64,000 nucleotides of DNA from the human T2T-CHM13v2.0 reference genome, Homo sapiens. Below, piece by piece: positions 1-16,175 of the stretch; positions within the stretch are counted from its first letter, which is position 1; each line of letters opens with the position of its first letter. The stretch is taken from the NCBI RefSeq assembly GCF_009914755.1, contig NC_060926.1. The stretch is one strand, 5' to 3'. The notes beneath the pieces are model-generated. The model was not told the DNA's origin, did not search any database, and saw only the letters and a program-made list of their open reading frames with translations. A program made the translations under genes and the position numbers.

Positions 1-470
1 TAAAGGGAAAGCTCAAAAATCAAATAAGAAGTGGGATGGGTCAGAGGAGGATGAGGATAACAGTAAAAAAATTAAAGAGCGTTCAAGAATAAATTCTTCT
101 GGTGAAAGTGGTGATGAATCAGATGAATTTTTGCAATCTAGAAAAGGACAGAAAAAAAATCAGAAAAACAAGCCAGGTCCTAACATAGAAAGTGGGAATG
201 AAGATGATGACGCCTCCTTCAAAATTAAGACAGTGGCCCAAAAGAAGGCAGAAAAGAAGGAGCGCGAGAGAAAAAAGCGAGATGAAGAAAAAGCGAAACT
301 GCGGAAGCTGAAAGAAAAAGAAGAGTTAGAAACAGGTAAAAAGGATCAGAGTAAACAAAAGGAATCTCAAAGGAAATTTGAAGAAGAAACTGTAAAATCC
401 AAAGTGACTGTTGATACTGGAGTAATTCCTGCCTCTGAAGAGAAAGCAGAGACTCCCACAGCTGCAGAAG
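1..470 (+). CDS. EIF5B: EIF5B exon 4 (5' part outside window), Lys/Glu-rich N-terminal region
   Basis: Frame from nt 2 reads KGKAQKSNKKWDGSEEDEDNSK...EEKAETPTAAE; donor G|gttggt at 471; phase 1 joins exon 5. Confidence 0.95.
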
Positions 471-1072
471 GTTGGTTAATACTTTAGAGGAAAGAGCAAA
501 AGGCTTTTGATTCACAGTATAAGTTGTAATCATTGTGCCCCAAGGTCGTTTTGTTATTTGTCCATGGGTATAAAGACACTTGATTGTAAGGAGCCATCTA
601 AAAAATTACGTCTAAGTATTTGACTTGATTTGCATTGTTAATTCTTTACATATATAGTATAAATATCTTTCAGATTATTTATGTACAGACTGGAATTTTT
701 ATAGAATTGCATTATGAAAACTATTTTTTTTGCTGTTGATAAAGGCTATAGAAGTTACTTAATGAAAAATTTATTCTTCCTTTCTGATAACTCAGTGTCA
801 GATAATATTTGAATTCTTTCCTGTCTTTAAAAACCTAGTTCAATTTATGAAATTCACAAAGAAATGTTTTCATGAAGTTGCTAATATTTTCTGCTTCACT
901 TAAAACTCAACATGCTAAAATTAGTGTCTTTTAAGCAATAATGAGCCATTTTTTTAACAACCAATTATAAAATAAAAGTTCTAGCTAATTTCTTCCTCTT
1001 ATTTAGAATGAAAATAGCTAAAGATCAGATGGTTTGCATGGCCATACTATATTCTTAAAACAGTAGTTTTTG

Positions 1073-1715
<643 letters not shown>

Positions 1716-2294
1716 TAAATGCTAGCATATTTATTATCTGGATATATTCGAGGAGGAACACCATGAAAGTACCTTCATAGCTTTTAATTCTTTAGAGTTC
1801 TTGGAGTATAACTACCTATATTTTTGTATTTTATCCTACTAATACCCCCTAAAGTGGACATCATTCTCATTAACTCCATCTTGTAGAAGTGAAATTAGCT
1901 ACAGAACTTACGTGGGTGTTAGTTCATTCTGATTGTTAGAACTTCATATAAGCATCTGTTGGACACCAGCCACTCAGGTACCATGGATTTAGAGATACAT
2001 TAGGTACAGGATTGCCCTTTTGCTGCTGACAGTATCCTTCTGTCTTACTGTATTCCTCAGGACATCTGAGACCAACATCAGTATTGCAGACTTCTCAGGA
2101 GGCCATCTGTGAGTTATTCTGAGCTATTCTAGTTACCAAAGTGCTCAGGATGCCTTGATGCCTGTAGAACTTAGCCTGCTGCTGGCATCGGCCTTGGCCC
2201 ATTATGGTCCTTGAATTGTGGTTGGGTTTTGCTCGTCATCACCACAGGGAATTGTTTTTTCATTTCAATGCTTTGCCTTTATTCTTTTTGGTAG

Positions 2295-2512
2295 ATGACA
2301 ATGAAGGAGACAAAAAGAAGAAAGATAAGAAGAAAAAGAAAGGAGAAAAGGAAGAAAAAGAGAAAGAGAAGAAAAAAGGACCTAGCAAAGCCACTGTTAA
2401 AGCTATGCAAGAAGCTCTGGCTAAGCTTAAAGAGGAAGAAGAAAGACAGAAGAGAGAAGAGGAAGAACGTATAAAACGGCTTGAAGAATTAGAAGCCAAG
2501 CGTAAAGAAGAG
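2295..2512 (+). CDS. EIF5B: EIF5B exon 5
   Basis: ttggtag|ATGAC...GAG|gtatgt; DDNEGDKKKKDKKKKKGEKEE...KRKEE. Confidence 0.95.
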
Positions 2513-2920
2513 GTATGTTTTCATGAAGTTGGTAACATTGATATTGTGTTTAACTTAAAATCTATTCTCTGTAAAATATCTTTACTCTTCTAATTCTGAA
2601 AATTTCATAGTTGCATGGTAATTCAGTTATATTATTGTTCCGATACAAATAATAAGATGAAGAGGTACAGCACATCTTATCTTTATTTTCTCAAGAACAG
2701 ATTGCTCGATACATAAGTTGCTTATGTATCATTGCCAATAATCTGATGTGATATTAATTAATAATCATGTATAACATTTAAAATACTTTGATTTGGAATC
2801 TCCTAACATAATACTTTGCATGTGTCTCAAGAGATTTATTTGAAGTTTGGATTGTTTACATTTGAATTTTATAGTTCATTAAATGAATACAGGTTTTGTC
2901 TGACATGTACTCTTTTATAG

Positions 2921-3071
2921 GAACGATTGGAACAAGAAAAAAGAGAAAGGAAAAAGCAAAAAGAAAAAGAAAGAAAAGAACGCTTGAAAAAAGAAGGGAA
3001 ACTTTTAACTAAATCCCAGAGAGAAGCCAGAGCCAGAGCCGAAGCTACTCTTAAACTGCTACAAGCTCAGG
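2921..3071 (+). CDS. EIF5B: EIF5B exon 6
   Basis: ttatag|GAACGA...CAGG|gtgagt; ERLEQEKRERKK...LLQAQG. Confidence 0.95.
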
Positions 3072-3829
3072 GTGAGTGGTACTCTTCATTAACTGAATGG
3101 TCAGAGAGCTCTGCACATGCAGTTATATCCCTTAATGTTCAGAAGGAGAATGGAATTTGCATCAGGACAGTTCCTATGAAAAATCTGTGAAAAAGTTCAG
3201 TAAAACGTAAGGAATAGGTGATGTCATTTCATTGTTTAGGAAGATGACATCTACATGAGGATAAAAATTTATATGTAAATGATAGTATGTCTAAATAAGT
3301 TATCCTCCCACAAACAAGAATAGTGATAATAATAGAATGAGTCCCTGTGTACCTATCAGCCAGCTTCAACAATTAGGACCATTTGACATTCTTGTTTTGT
3401 ACCTCTCCGTCTACTTTTTATCCTAGCATGTTTTAAAGTGAATCCCAAAAAATAAAAAAGAAATACAGTGATTCCCAGACAGCATATTAGTTTGCCCACA
3501 TGACCACGGTGAAAAAGTATTCATGACCATTTTTTTTAACCCTTTCCTTACTTTCTGATGCAACAAGATATCCCAGGTTCATCTTGCATGGGCTGAGACC
3601 TGGAATCGGTTGTTTATCCAAAGAGCTTTTGTTCCTTTTAGAGGGTAATAGTGTTTAGAGATCACAACTGGGCATATAATTTATTACTTTTTTGAAAGGT
3701 AAGGTGATTTAAAATAGTGTCTTTGCTCCAATGAGAAGAATATATTGGGACCTCTCTTAAATTTCCTGCTCCTATATTCCCTAGATTTTTATATTACAGT
3801 CATTTTGGTGTTTATGCTATAATTACAGT

Positions 3830-4010
3830 AATAGCTACCATTTATTGTGTGCTTATTGTGTAACTGATGCTACAATGTCTTTGACATTGTCTATTTTTCC
3901 CTCATAAAAAAATCTTATAGCTATTTTTACTTCCATCATATAGATGAAGAAATGGTGGTTCAGAGTGTAAACAGCTTACCCAAGGCCACAGAGCTGAAAT
4001 TTAAGCTGGT
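3830..4010 (-). mobile_element. MIR
   Basis: accatttattgtgtgct...agatgaagaaa...cttacccaaggccacagagct core. Confidence 0.55.
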
Positions 4011-5309
4011 CTGTGCAACTTTTTCTTACGCATATGTTCAGCTAGGAGCATTAGATGTGAAGAAACCCAGTACTTAGATTTTAGAAAGTTTTATTCTTAA
4101 TGGAGAATATAGCTTTTGTAAAATTTTAAATGAAATTAGGTACAAACTTGAATATAGTTAGCATTCATACATCAGATTTCATTGGTGACTATTGGAGAGG
4201 CTAAAAGCACCCATGAAGAAATTCAGATGGGACCAAGCAGGGAGTAATTTGCCAGTCTCAAAAATGCTGTTTTAAGGAGCAGTTAGACTTGTAGTTATGG
4301 AAATTACAGTGTAGAATGGTGGACTTTTAGCATCAGTCTTTAGCATTAGGCTTGTAAGAGATGCTCTCTCAAGTGGCATCCCTGACGCTGGTCTCTTACT
4401 CTTCATAGTGTTGTCCAGTGTTTACCATCTTATTAGTTCCCTATTGTCTACTAATAAGAATCCAAATTCCTTAGCTTGACATTCAAGGTTCCCCCCCACC
4501 CACAGCCCACTCATGTGAGTCATCTCATTAAAAGATCCTACAGTGTTGTTTCATCGTATGTTTGAAAGACAGCTGCTTACCACATTTATTACCTAGAATA
4601 TTGTAAAACTTATTCATTGAGCTAAAAATGTACTCTCAGAGAGTGTAGGCATCTGCAGGTGTCTTCATATAATTGCTCTGAAATGTGCAGCAGGTTAACT
4701 TTTCAGTCATCCTTTAGCCTGTGACTACTAAGCATATACACACACACATATATGAGTACTTTATCAATAATTTGTAATAAACTCATTTCAGGCAAAGAGC
4801 TTCTTCAAGAACTTGATTGTTATGTCTCAGTTTGCAAAGTGAATGGAATGTCTAAACACATACAAGTCTTGGTGTTGATTCCAAGTACAGCAGCTTATTT
4901 GAGAGTCTGAGACTAGAGCAGTAGTCAGTTGATTAAGTCTAGGGTGTTATTGGGACCACCCTTCAGGTAATCCAGCCTACAGTTTCCCCTCAGGCCCATG
5001 CTTTTCATCTTAGTAGGTGTAGGCTGCTAGGCAAGGAAAACTTAAAGTGATGATCTCTGCATTCTCAGCTGGCTTTATCCTCTTTCTTTGGTTTGTTTAA
5101 TGTATTCGTCTTACCAGTCATAGCTATGGTTTTACCATTCTAGCCATTCTTCAGTACATGCACAACACACATCCATATACATTCCTACTTTAGAGATAAC
5201 ATTTTTAGTCATTTTCCTTTATTAGTGACTTCATTCAAAATCCCATGGTATACAATTTCTGTTGTCTTTATTCTAAGGCTTCTGCCCATAGTGAGAGACT
5301 GAGTCAGTA

Positions 5310-6990
<1,681 letters not shown>

Positions 6991-7140
6991 ATATGTAAAA
7001 GATACAAGTTTTTCCATGAATATCCTTTCATATTTTAGGGTATGTGTCTCTGTGGTGAATGAAATGCTATCCTTTAAATAGTACTTCTCAGGTGACATGC
7101 AAGTAGTATAAGCCTGAAGTTTTTCATTTTTATCCCTCAG

Positions 7141-7239
7141 GTGTTGAAGTGCCATCAAAAGACTCTTTGCCAAAGAAGAGGCCAATTTATGAAGATAAAA
7201 AGAGGAAAAAAATACCACAGCAGCTAGAAAGTAAAGAAG
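7141..7239 (+). CDS. EIF5B: EIF5B exon 7
   Basis: ccctcag|GTGTT...GAAG|gtttgt; VEVPSKDSLPKKRPIYEDKKRKKIPQQLESKE; 99 nt, phase 1-1. Confidence 0.93.
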
Positions 7240-7638
7240 GTTTGTATACAAAATAGCCTCTAATTTAGGAAATATGTTGTTTGCCTTTCCCCCACAATCT
7301 TCAAAACAGTGTCTGTAAAGAAGAAAGGAAAAAATCCGAAATGCATATTGAAACTTATTTTCTAAACTTATTTCTTATTAATGCCATTATTCTCACTTGA
7401 TTCAAATGACAAGCTAATGGAAAAAGTATTTTACTTTGAAAAATCTGGGTTCTACCCTATGAATATTGTAACTGTTGTTAACTCTGAGAAGTAAAACTAC
7501 CATTCTTATCTTTTCTTGGTTTCCTTCTTAGCCTTCTGTGATTTTTGTATTTTATTTATTGAGCAGAAAGAGTAGTTTCCTGTAAAACATATGACTATAT
7601 TTAAACATTTTCTAAACTTGAAGAAATAGGTTTGCACA

Positions 7639-7944
<306 letters not shown>

Positions 7945-8039
7945 TTACACTACTGTTTTTTATTCAGTACTTAATGGAGTATCTTAACAGAAATTATACA
8001 CCAAAAAAAATATTATCTTGGTTTCTGCCCCTTTTTCAG

Positions 8040-8129
8040 TGTCTGAATCAATGGAATTATGTGCTGCTGTAGAAGTTATGGAACAAGGAGTACCAGAAAA
8101 GGAAGAGACACCACCTCCTGTTGAACCAG
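8040..8129 (+). CDS. EIF5B: EIF5B exon 8 (GC donor)
   Basis: ttttcag|TGTCT...CCAG|gcgggt; VSESMELCAAVEVMEQGVPEKEETPPPVEP; only the GC donor keeps frame. Confidence 0.88.
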
Positions 8130-8376
8130 GCGGGTAGTGTTATCTGATTATTTAATTAGTGAATTCTTATTAAATAGTGTTGGTGTGTCATAAGTTGTCT
8201 TAGTTATTATAAATAATTGGGGAGAACCAAATAAGTATCTGGCTGGATGGCCCTCTTTCTTCATAGTTCTTTCTTTTCTATTTCTTTTCATTTCTACTTT
8301 GAATAAGTATCCAAGTGAGACTTGAATCAGTTGTGTTCTTTTCAGCAGTGTTAGAAAATGTTTTGTAGAAAGGATA

Positions 8377-8646
8377 CACTTTGGGAGGGTGAGGCAGATG
8401 GATCACGAGATCAGAAGATCAAGACCATCCTGGCTAACACGGTGAAACTCCATCTCTACTAAAAATACAAAAAATTAGCCGGGGGTGGTGGCGGGTGCCT
8501 GTAATCCCAGCTACTTGGGAGGCTGAGGCAGGAGAATTGCTTGAACCTGGGAGGCAGAGGTTGCAGGGAGATTTCAGTGAGCCTAGGTTGCACCATTGCA
8601 CTCCAGCCTGGGCAACAGAGCAACAGTCCATCTCAAAAAAAAAGGA
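8377..8646 (+). mobile_element. 5'-truncated Alu
   Basis: Starts at cactttggg; TSD AGAAAGGATA (8367-76, 8647-56). Confidence 0.92.
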
Positions 8647-9854
8647 AGAAAGGATAGTAGGTTTTGGATTTTCTCTGATGCTTTTATTTATGAGTCAGAA
8701 ATCTCAAAAAAAGATCTGAAGGTCTTCATTTAATGCTTCAGAAGCAAATTGGAAGGATTTTTAACTAGAACTTTTTAAGAACCATAAAAATTGGCATTTT
8801 TAGACCTTCCTAAAGGTCGGCTTCTATTCACAATAATCAGAGAATTCAACTTACTCATTGTGGGGTATCTGTGTATATGTTGAGGAGTTGGGGAAAAATC
8901 TCTGGTTTTAAAAAAAAAACATTGTTCTAACTCTTACGACTAGATATTGATGGGAGAGCTGGGGCTGCCTAAATGTATGTTTGGTATTCAAGAGAATCCC
9001 CAGCGATTAAAGATAGGATCAGGAATGGGAAAAGCCTTTACAGAATACTAAGCCTGATTTACATTGGTGAATTATATTATTGATAGTTCCTTTCCTTCTT
9101 TTTCTCTTTTCTCTTCTGAGCGAATAGGATCATCTCACCTGGGTAGACCTCAGCCTAGCACTGATATGACGAGATTAGAGAAATTTAGATTGATATGCTT
9201 AATAGCAGTCCACTATTTTAGATCGTATTTTTAGCACCAGAAAGAATTGCTAATTTAGATGGATGTTTTGGGTACCTGAGTCTCATTTCCTCCTCAAGAT
9301 AACTTATGCAGGCTTGTTAGTAAATAATGATTATTTCAGGGAAGCAGGTACCACATGTCCTACCCGTCATCTTACTTTCATTTAAGAATAGTTGTGCCTG
9401 GTTAGATTTCAGTAAAGAAAAGCATTCTTGTTAAGAAGAGTATTAGGTCTTTAATGTCTAAATAATATTCAGAATTTTAGCTTTCTGGCTGTTTTGGGGT
9501 TATGAGCACAGCATTGACCCAGAGTGATGGTGGTAGTTTTGTACCTTCAACTTCAGAATTTAAGTATATTTAAATACCTGTAAAGGTTAAAAGCAAAATA
9601 ATAAATTCCTTGCATAAAGTATGAGTTGGATGATCAAAAAGAAGATATATATGAAATTTCATTTGTTTTCAAGAACTGAGTATATTCATGTAGCTTTTTC
9701 AAGATCTAAAGAAACATTTAAATTAATTAAATTAATGAAACAATTAGCTTGAATGTAAAATTGGTTAAGTTTAATATGTTGGCAGTAGTAGGAAATGGAA
9801 GCATTTAAGTAATAGTAAATTATAACATGCTAGCTATATTAAAAAGATAGTTCT

Positions 9855-10153
<299 letters not shown>

Positions 10154-10303
10154 GATAGTTCTAAAGATAATAGCTGCATACATATTTTTTACATAATTAA
10201 AACATTCTTTTTTTATGTCAGAGCATAATTTTTTACTTTTTTCTAAAAGACCTTCATATTTCTAAATAATTTTTGTGTCTTAAATGCAAATTTTTACTTA
10301 CAG

Positions 10304-10378
10304 AAGAAGAAGAAGATACTGAGGATGCTGGATTGGATGATTGGGAAGCTATGGCCAGTGATGAGGAGACAGAAAAAG
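10304..10378 (+). CDS. EIF5B: EIF5B exon 9
   Basis: ttacag|AAGAA...AAAG|gtgaat; EEEEDTEDAGLDDWEAMASDEETEK. Confidence 0.92.
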
Positions 10379-10992
10379 GTGAATACCTCATAAGCACACA
10401 CTGATACATCCAGTGGTTATTAGAAATGAATGATATATATTTAAATGAATAGTCTTTTGATTATGAAAGCCATATGAACATTTCTGGGGATAGGGATAAG
10501 TCTCTTGTTCTCTCCTTTGCCATGGTTTCTAAGTCCTCAAGTGGATCTTCATTTTGTGAATGAGTGGTTCCTCAGAATGTTATTTGTAAGATAGCTGCCT
10601 AAGGTTTAGAATGCATTTTTTCAGAGTGATGATGTTACAAAATAGGGTTGTTACTAAAGCTGACCTACAAAAAGCACTGTTAACTTAAAAGGTAATGAGA
10701 TAAATACTATAGTTCCTGATAAGTATGAATAGAAAGTAAACGTTTTTGTCATTGTTTCCCCTTCTTTATTACTGAAATCTCTACTTCGAGATTTAATTTC
10801 CTGTTAATTTTACTAACTTACTGATAATGATATCTGGCTCTTTGATTTTTTTCAGCCTCCCCCCATCTTTGTTTTTAAAGCTATACCTTTTTCTTTAAGC
10901 ATGGCTTTAGTCAAATTCTGTAAGTCTGATATGTTGATATTTTCTCATTTTCATTTTGATGTATTAAGTTTTACAAGATTTATTTAGTGTAT

Positions 10993-11286
<294 letters not shown>

Positions 11287-11865
11287 AGTGTATTTCTTAA
11301 TTTACAAAAATGGGCATTTTCTAATTGTCTTTTGTTACTTCATTGTGATCAGAGAAGATACATGATTCTATCCTTTGAAATATGTTGATTATTGCTATAC
11401 AACCTAGCATGGTCAGTTATTGTAAGTGTTTCATGTTTGGAAAGAATTTATATTCTGCAGTAGTTGGATGCCTTGCTTTCTATATTTAGGTCAAGTTTGC
11501 TAATCATTTTGTTCAAGTCTTTCATAGCGTTCTGAGGGTTTTTTTGTTTTTGCTTTTGTTTTTTTTCTGATCTGTTTTTTCTCTCTGTTACTGGGACCAA
11601 TGCCTTAAAATCTCCCATCATGATTGTAGATTGTCTATTTCTCCTGAGTTCTGTTAATTTTTGCTTTATGTATTTTTATGCTGTGTCATTAGGTAAACAC
11701 AATCTTGTATCTTTCTAATGAATTGACTCTTTTATCATTGATATATATATTTCTAACAATGCCTTTTGATATAAAAGTCTACCTAAAACTCATATAGGTA
11801 CACGAGCTTTGATTTACATGATCTTTTTCTATCTTTATGACTCTTTTTGTATCCGTAAATAGCAT

Positions 11866-12262
11866 TATCTTAGTCCATTTGTTCTGCTGTAACAAAATAC
11901 CACAGACTCAGTAGTACTAAAGAACAGAAATGTGTTTCTCACAGTTCTGGAGGCTGGGAAGTCCAAGATCAAGGCACCAGCATTGGTGCCTGGTAAAGGC
12001 TGCTGTCTGCTTCCAAGATGGCACCTTGGTGCTGCATCCTCCAGAGGGAAGGATGGCTGTGTCTTCACATGATGGAAGGGAGGGAAGGGCAAGAGGAGCA
12101 AACTCTCTTTGAAGGCACTTTTCTGCGGGCGTGAATCCATTTATGAGAGTGACTTAATCACTCCCCAAAACCTTCCCCACCACCCTCCTACCTCCTACCA
12201 GCAAAATGGGGATTATGTTTTAAACATGAATTTTAGAGGGGACACCATTTACAAATCACAGC
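11866..12262 (-). mobile_element. MaLR LTR (MLT1A/MST-like)
   Basis: tcttagtccattt...ctcacagttctggaggctgggaagtccaagatcaagg...catgaattttagagggg. Confidence 0.75.
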
Positions 12263-12654
12263 TAGGATCTAGTTGAGATTTTTTCAATCCAGTTTGTCAA
12301 TCTTTATATTTTACCTAGAGTACTTAGCCTGTTCATTAAATGTAACATTTGGTGTAATTAATGAAGTATATTGATTTTAAACATTTCATCTTACTAAGTC
12401 GTTTTTTGTTCTGCCTGGTTCTTTTTCTCTCCTTTCTAATCATCTTTTGGTTACTAGGTTTTTAAATTTTTATTTTTTTTTCCTTTCATGAGCTTAGCAG
12501 TTGTATACCTTTCAAACAACTTTTTAGTGATTAAGAAAATTTTTAGCAAGTACCTTTGAACTAACAATGTCTGATGTTATCCTCTAACAATGCAGGGACT
12601 TTAGAGTACTTGAATGACATTTACCCAATACTCTATTTAGATATCATTGCTCTC

Positions 12655-12971
<317 letters not shown>

Positions 12972-14442
12972 TCATTTCTTTTCATTATCTATTTAAAACC
13001 TCAAATTAGCTTATATTTTATATAGTCAATACTTACTATTTATAAGTTTACCCACATTCTTAACATTTTGTTGCGCTTCGTTTCCTGCATCTTGTACCTT
13101 CCATTTGAGATCATTTCTTCCTATCTGAAGAACACTTTAGAGTTTTTTTTAGTATGGATCAGTTAGTAAGACATTCTGTTTTGCTTTCTAAAAACATCTT
13201 TATTGCATCTTCATTCTTTAGTTTTATATGTTTACTGAGTGAGGAATTATTGGTTGAAGTTTAACACTTTGAAGTTATTATTCCCTTGCCCTGGCTTTCA
13301 TTGTTCCTGTTGAGAAGTCAGGTATCAGCCTAAATTTTTCATATGGTCTTGCTTTTCAGCAGTTTTATCATGACGTACCCAGAATAGGCTTTTTAAAAAT
13401 ATATTCTACTTGTAGAGCTTTATTAATATATGGTTTTATGTTTTTATCAGTTTTATGTTAGGAGTCATTTTCTCCCTCAGAATTCCAATGATGTCTCTGA
13501 TAGGCCCTCTTATTGTATCATTGTTTCCTATTTTCTTTTCTGTATTTTCCACCTAGTGAGTCTCTGTGGTTCATTCTGGATTGCTTCTCTTGACTGTCTT
13601 CTAGGTCACTGATTTTCTCCTTGGCTCTTTCTATTCTGAGGTTAGATCCATCTTTTGAGTTCTCAATTTCATTTGTTATATTTTTCAGTTTTAGTATTTC
13701 CATTTAACTTTTTTTATAGTTTTAATTCACCTTCTAAAATTTTAACTTTGTCTTTTGCTTCTGACTGAATGTTAGAAGCACAGCCATTTTAAAATTTTGA
13801 TTTTATGACTTTATTAAAGTCCTTTTGGTGTTTTATATGTTGGTTCTTCTCACGTAAATTGTTTTCTCATGTGCCTTGCTATTTTTATAGCTGGATATTT
13901 TGCTTGGAGAAGTAATTTGAGGTCAAGGATGATGTTTTCTTTTCTCCAGAGCTAATTTATGTGTTACTTCCACAAGGTACCTGAGTGAACTAGCAATATG
14001 GAATAATCTTATTCTAGATTTAGAATCCAGAGGATCTGAAGGTGATCTGCCAATAATGGGGAGATCCTGTTTATTTCTTATTCATCCTTATTCCTAGGGT
14101 ACAGCTCTTCATGATTGTACCCCACAGTAAGGGTGTAACCCAATGTCTGCTCACTGCACCCCACTGAATTCTTAGTATTTTGGTAGGTCTGGACTCCCAA
14201 TGCAGCTTAGCCTTTCATCTGCCTCTTCCCGAATCAACAAATGACCATAAGGGGAAAGTGGTACTAAAGACTGTTCCACCTCCTTGAGTTTTGTTCTCCC
14301 ATGGATTCTGTCTTACTAATACTGACTTCAGTCTGGATTACTGCCTTAAGGTTTTACTGTTAAGTGACAGATTTCGTTTTAGCATATAGACAAACACCTT
14401 GCGTTTATGATGTATGAAAACACCATGTTACTGCCTTAAATA

Positions 14443-14665
14443 CAAGTTGAGCCTCTGAAATTCAAAAATCTGAAATCTGAAATGCTCCAAAATCAAGTTT
14501 GAGCACCACTACGTGACGCTCAAAGGATATGCTCATTGGAGCATTTCGTATTTCAGGTTTTTCCGATTTCAGATGCAAATATTCCAAATTAAAAAAAATA
14601 TGAAGTAAGTATAGAATGCAAATATTCCAAATTTTAAAAAATCTGAAACAGTTCTGGTCCAGGCA
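14443..14665 (+). mobile_element. Tigger4/MER46-type MITE fragment
   Basis: TA-CAAGTTGAG start; repeated tctgaaa motifs; aatgctccaa/ttggagcatt internal inverted repeat. Confidence 0.7.
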
Positions 14666-14689
14666 TTATCTCCTCCCCTTACTTTAAAG

Positions 14690-14919
14690 CAGGCTTGTCC
14701 AGTCTGCAGCCTGTGGGCCACATGCAGCCCAGGATGGCTTTCAATGTGGCCTAGCACAAATTTGTAAACTTTCTTAAAACGTGAGACTTTTTTTTGTGAT
14801 TTTTATTTTTAAGCTGATCAGCTATTGTTAGTGTTAGTGTGTTAGTGTATTTTATGTGTGGCCCAAGACAATTCTTCTTGTAATGTGGCTCAGGGAAGCC
14901 AAAAGATTGGACACCCCTG
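14690..14919. mobile_element. MER30 (hAT-Charlie MITE)
   Basis: TIRs CAGGCTTGTCCA / TGGACACCCCTG; perfect 8-bp TSD CTTTAAAG (14682-89, 14920-27). Confidence 0.85.
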
Positions 14920-14994
14920 CTTTAAAGTCTCTTATCTTGATATAAATCTATCATATTAATGTTTATTTATTTAAAAATATATTTGCTTTCGTAG

Positions 14995-15284
14995 TAGAAG
15001 GAAACAAAGTTCATATAGAAGTAAAAGAAAACCCTGAAGAGGAGGAGGAGGAGGAAGAAGAGGAAGAAGAAGATGAAGAAAGTGAAGAAGAGGAGGAAGA
15101 GGAGGGAGAAAGTGAAGGCAGTGAAGGTGATGAGGAAGATGAAAAGGTGTCAGATGAGAAGGATTCAGGGAAGACATTAGATAAAAAGCCAAGTAAAGAA
15201 ATGAGCTCAGATTCTGAATATGACTCTGATGATGATCGGACTAAAGAAGAAAGGGCTTATGACAAAGCAAAACGGAGGATTGAG
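14995..15284 (+). CDS. EIF5B: EIF5B exon 10, poly-Glu acidic tract
   Basis: tcgtag|TAGAA...GAG|gtattt; VEGNKVHIEVKENP(E)12DEES...AKRRIE. Confidence 0.93.
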
Positions 15285-16013
15285 GTATTTATTTTACCGT
15301 TTCTCTCTACTTTTCTTCCCACTCCTCTGTGATGATTAAAACAGTACTCTACAACTAAAGGCTTTGAACAGCACTTTATGTATTCTCAAGAATAGAACAC
15401 CGTTCAGTTTTTGTAATGTTGAAATATTACTGGCCTTTGATACTGGTCTTACCCAAGGACCCCCCGTCCCCGCTCTTACCTAAGATAGAATGGTGTGACT
15501 ACTTCATTTTTTTCTTGTTTTCTCCAAATTTTAATGTACTCTTTGAGTGATAGTTTATAAGTATGCAGAGGTATTCTGAGCATATGCCCTCTGCTTATAA
15601 ACATCAGTTATGTGTTTGCCTCACATATTTAGGTTAGTCACCATGAGGCATCTGATCACTATAGTTATATAAATCTGGTGGGTTGATGAGGCTTCTATTT
15701 AGTAAAGTCCGATACCTGATAGACTTTCTGTATTTTTCCTACTTAATGCAGTAGATTTCAGTATGCTTCAAGAGAAAGTTTTCTTTAGTTCTGTCAGCTT
15801 AATGTAAATAATACATTAAAATCTAGTTTGCTTGAGGATATTAAACTATTTTAAAGCTAAAAACTATTTTAGCTTTCCTTTTTGTGTATTATTAATTTTT
15901 TAATTTTTTGTTTTACTACCTATATATCAACATTTGCTTTTTCTCCTGTAAAGTCTAGGTATGGATAAATTGTCTAAATTTCTAAAGGACTAAGAGGATT
16001 TGTTATTCTAAAT

Positions 16014-16175
16014 TAGGGTTTCTCAGCCTTGGCACTATTAAAATTTGGGGGCCAGATAATTCTTTGTTGTTGGGGACAGGGACTGTTCTCTTCCTTGTAT
16101 GATACCAAACAACATCTTGGCCTTTGCCTACTAGATGCCTGTAGCATTCTTCCCCACCTGGCACCTCAGTTATGA
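16014..16175 (+). mobile_element. MER20 fragment (hAT)
   Basis: tttctcagccttggcactatt...ggccagataattctttgttgt...ctagatgcc.gtagca. Confidence 0.65.

Noticed and set aside
8134-8139. Canonical GT donor as the main exon 8 boundary
   Set aside because: Gives 94 nt and a frameshift that none of the tandem acceptors can fix
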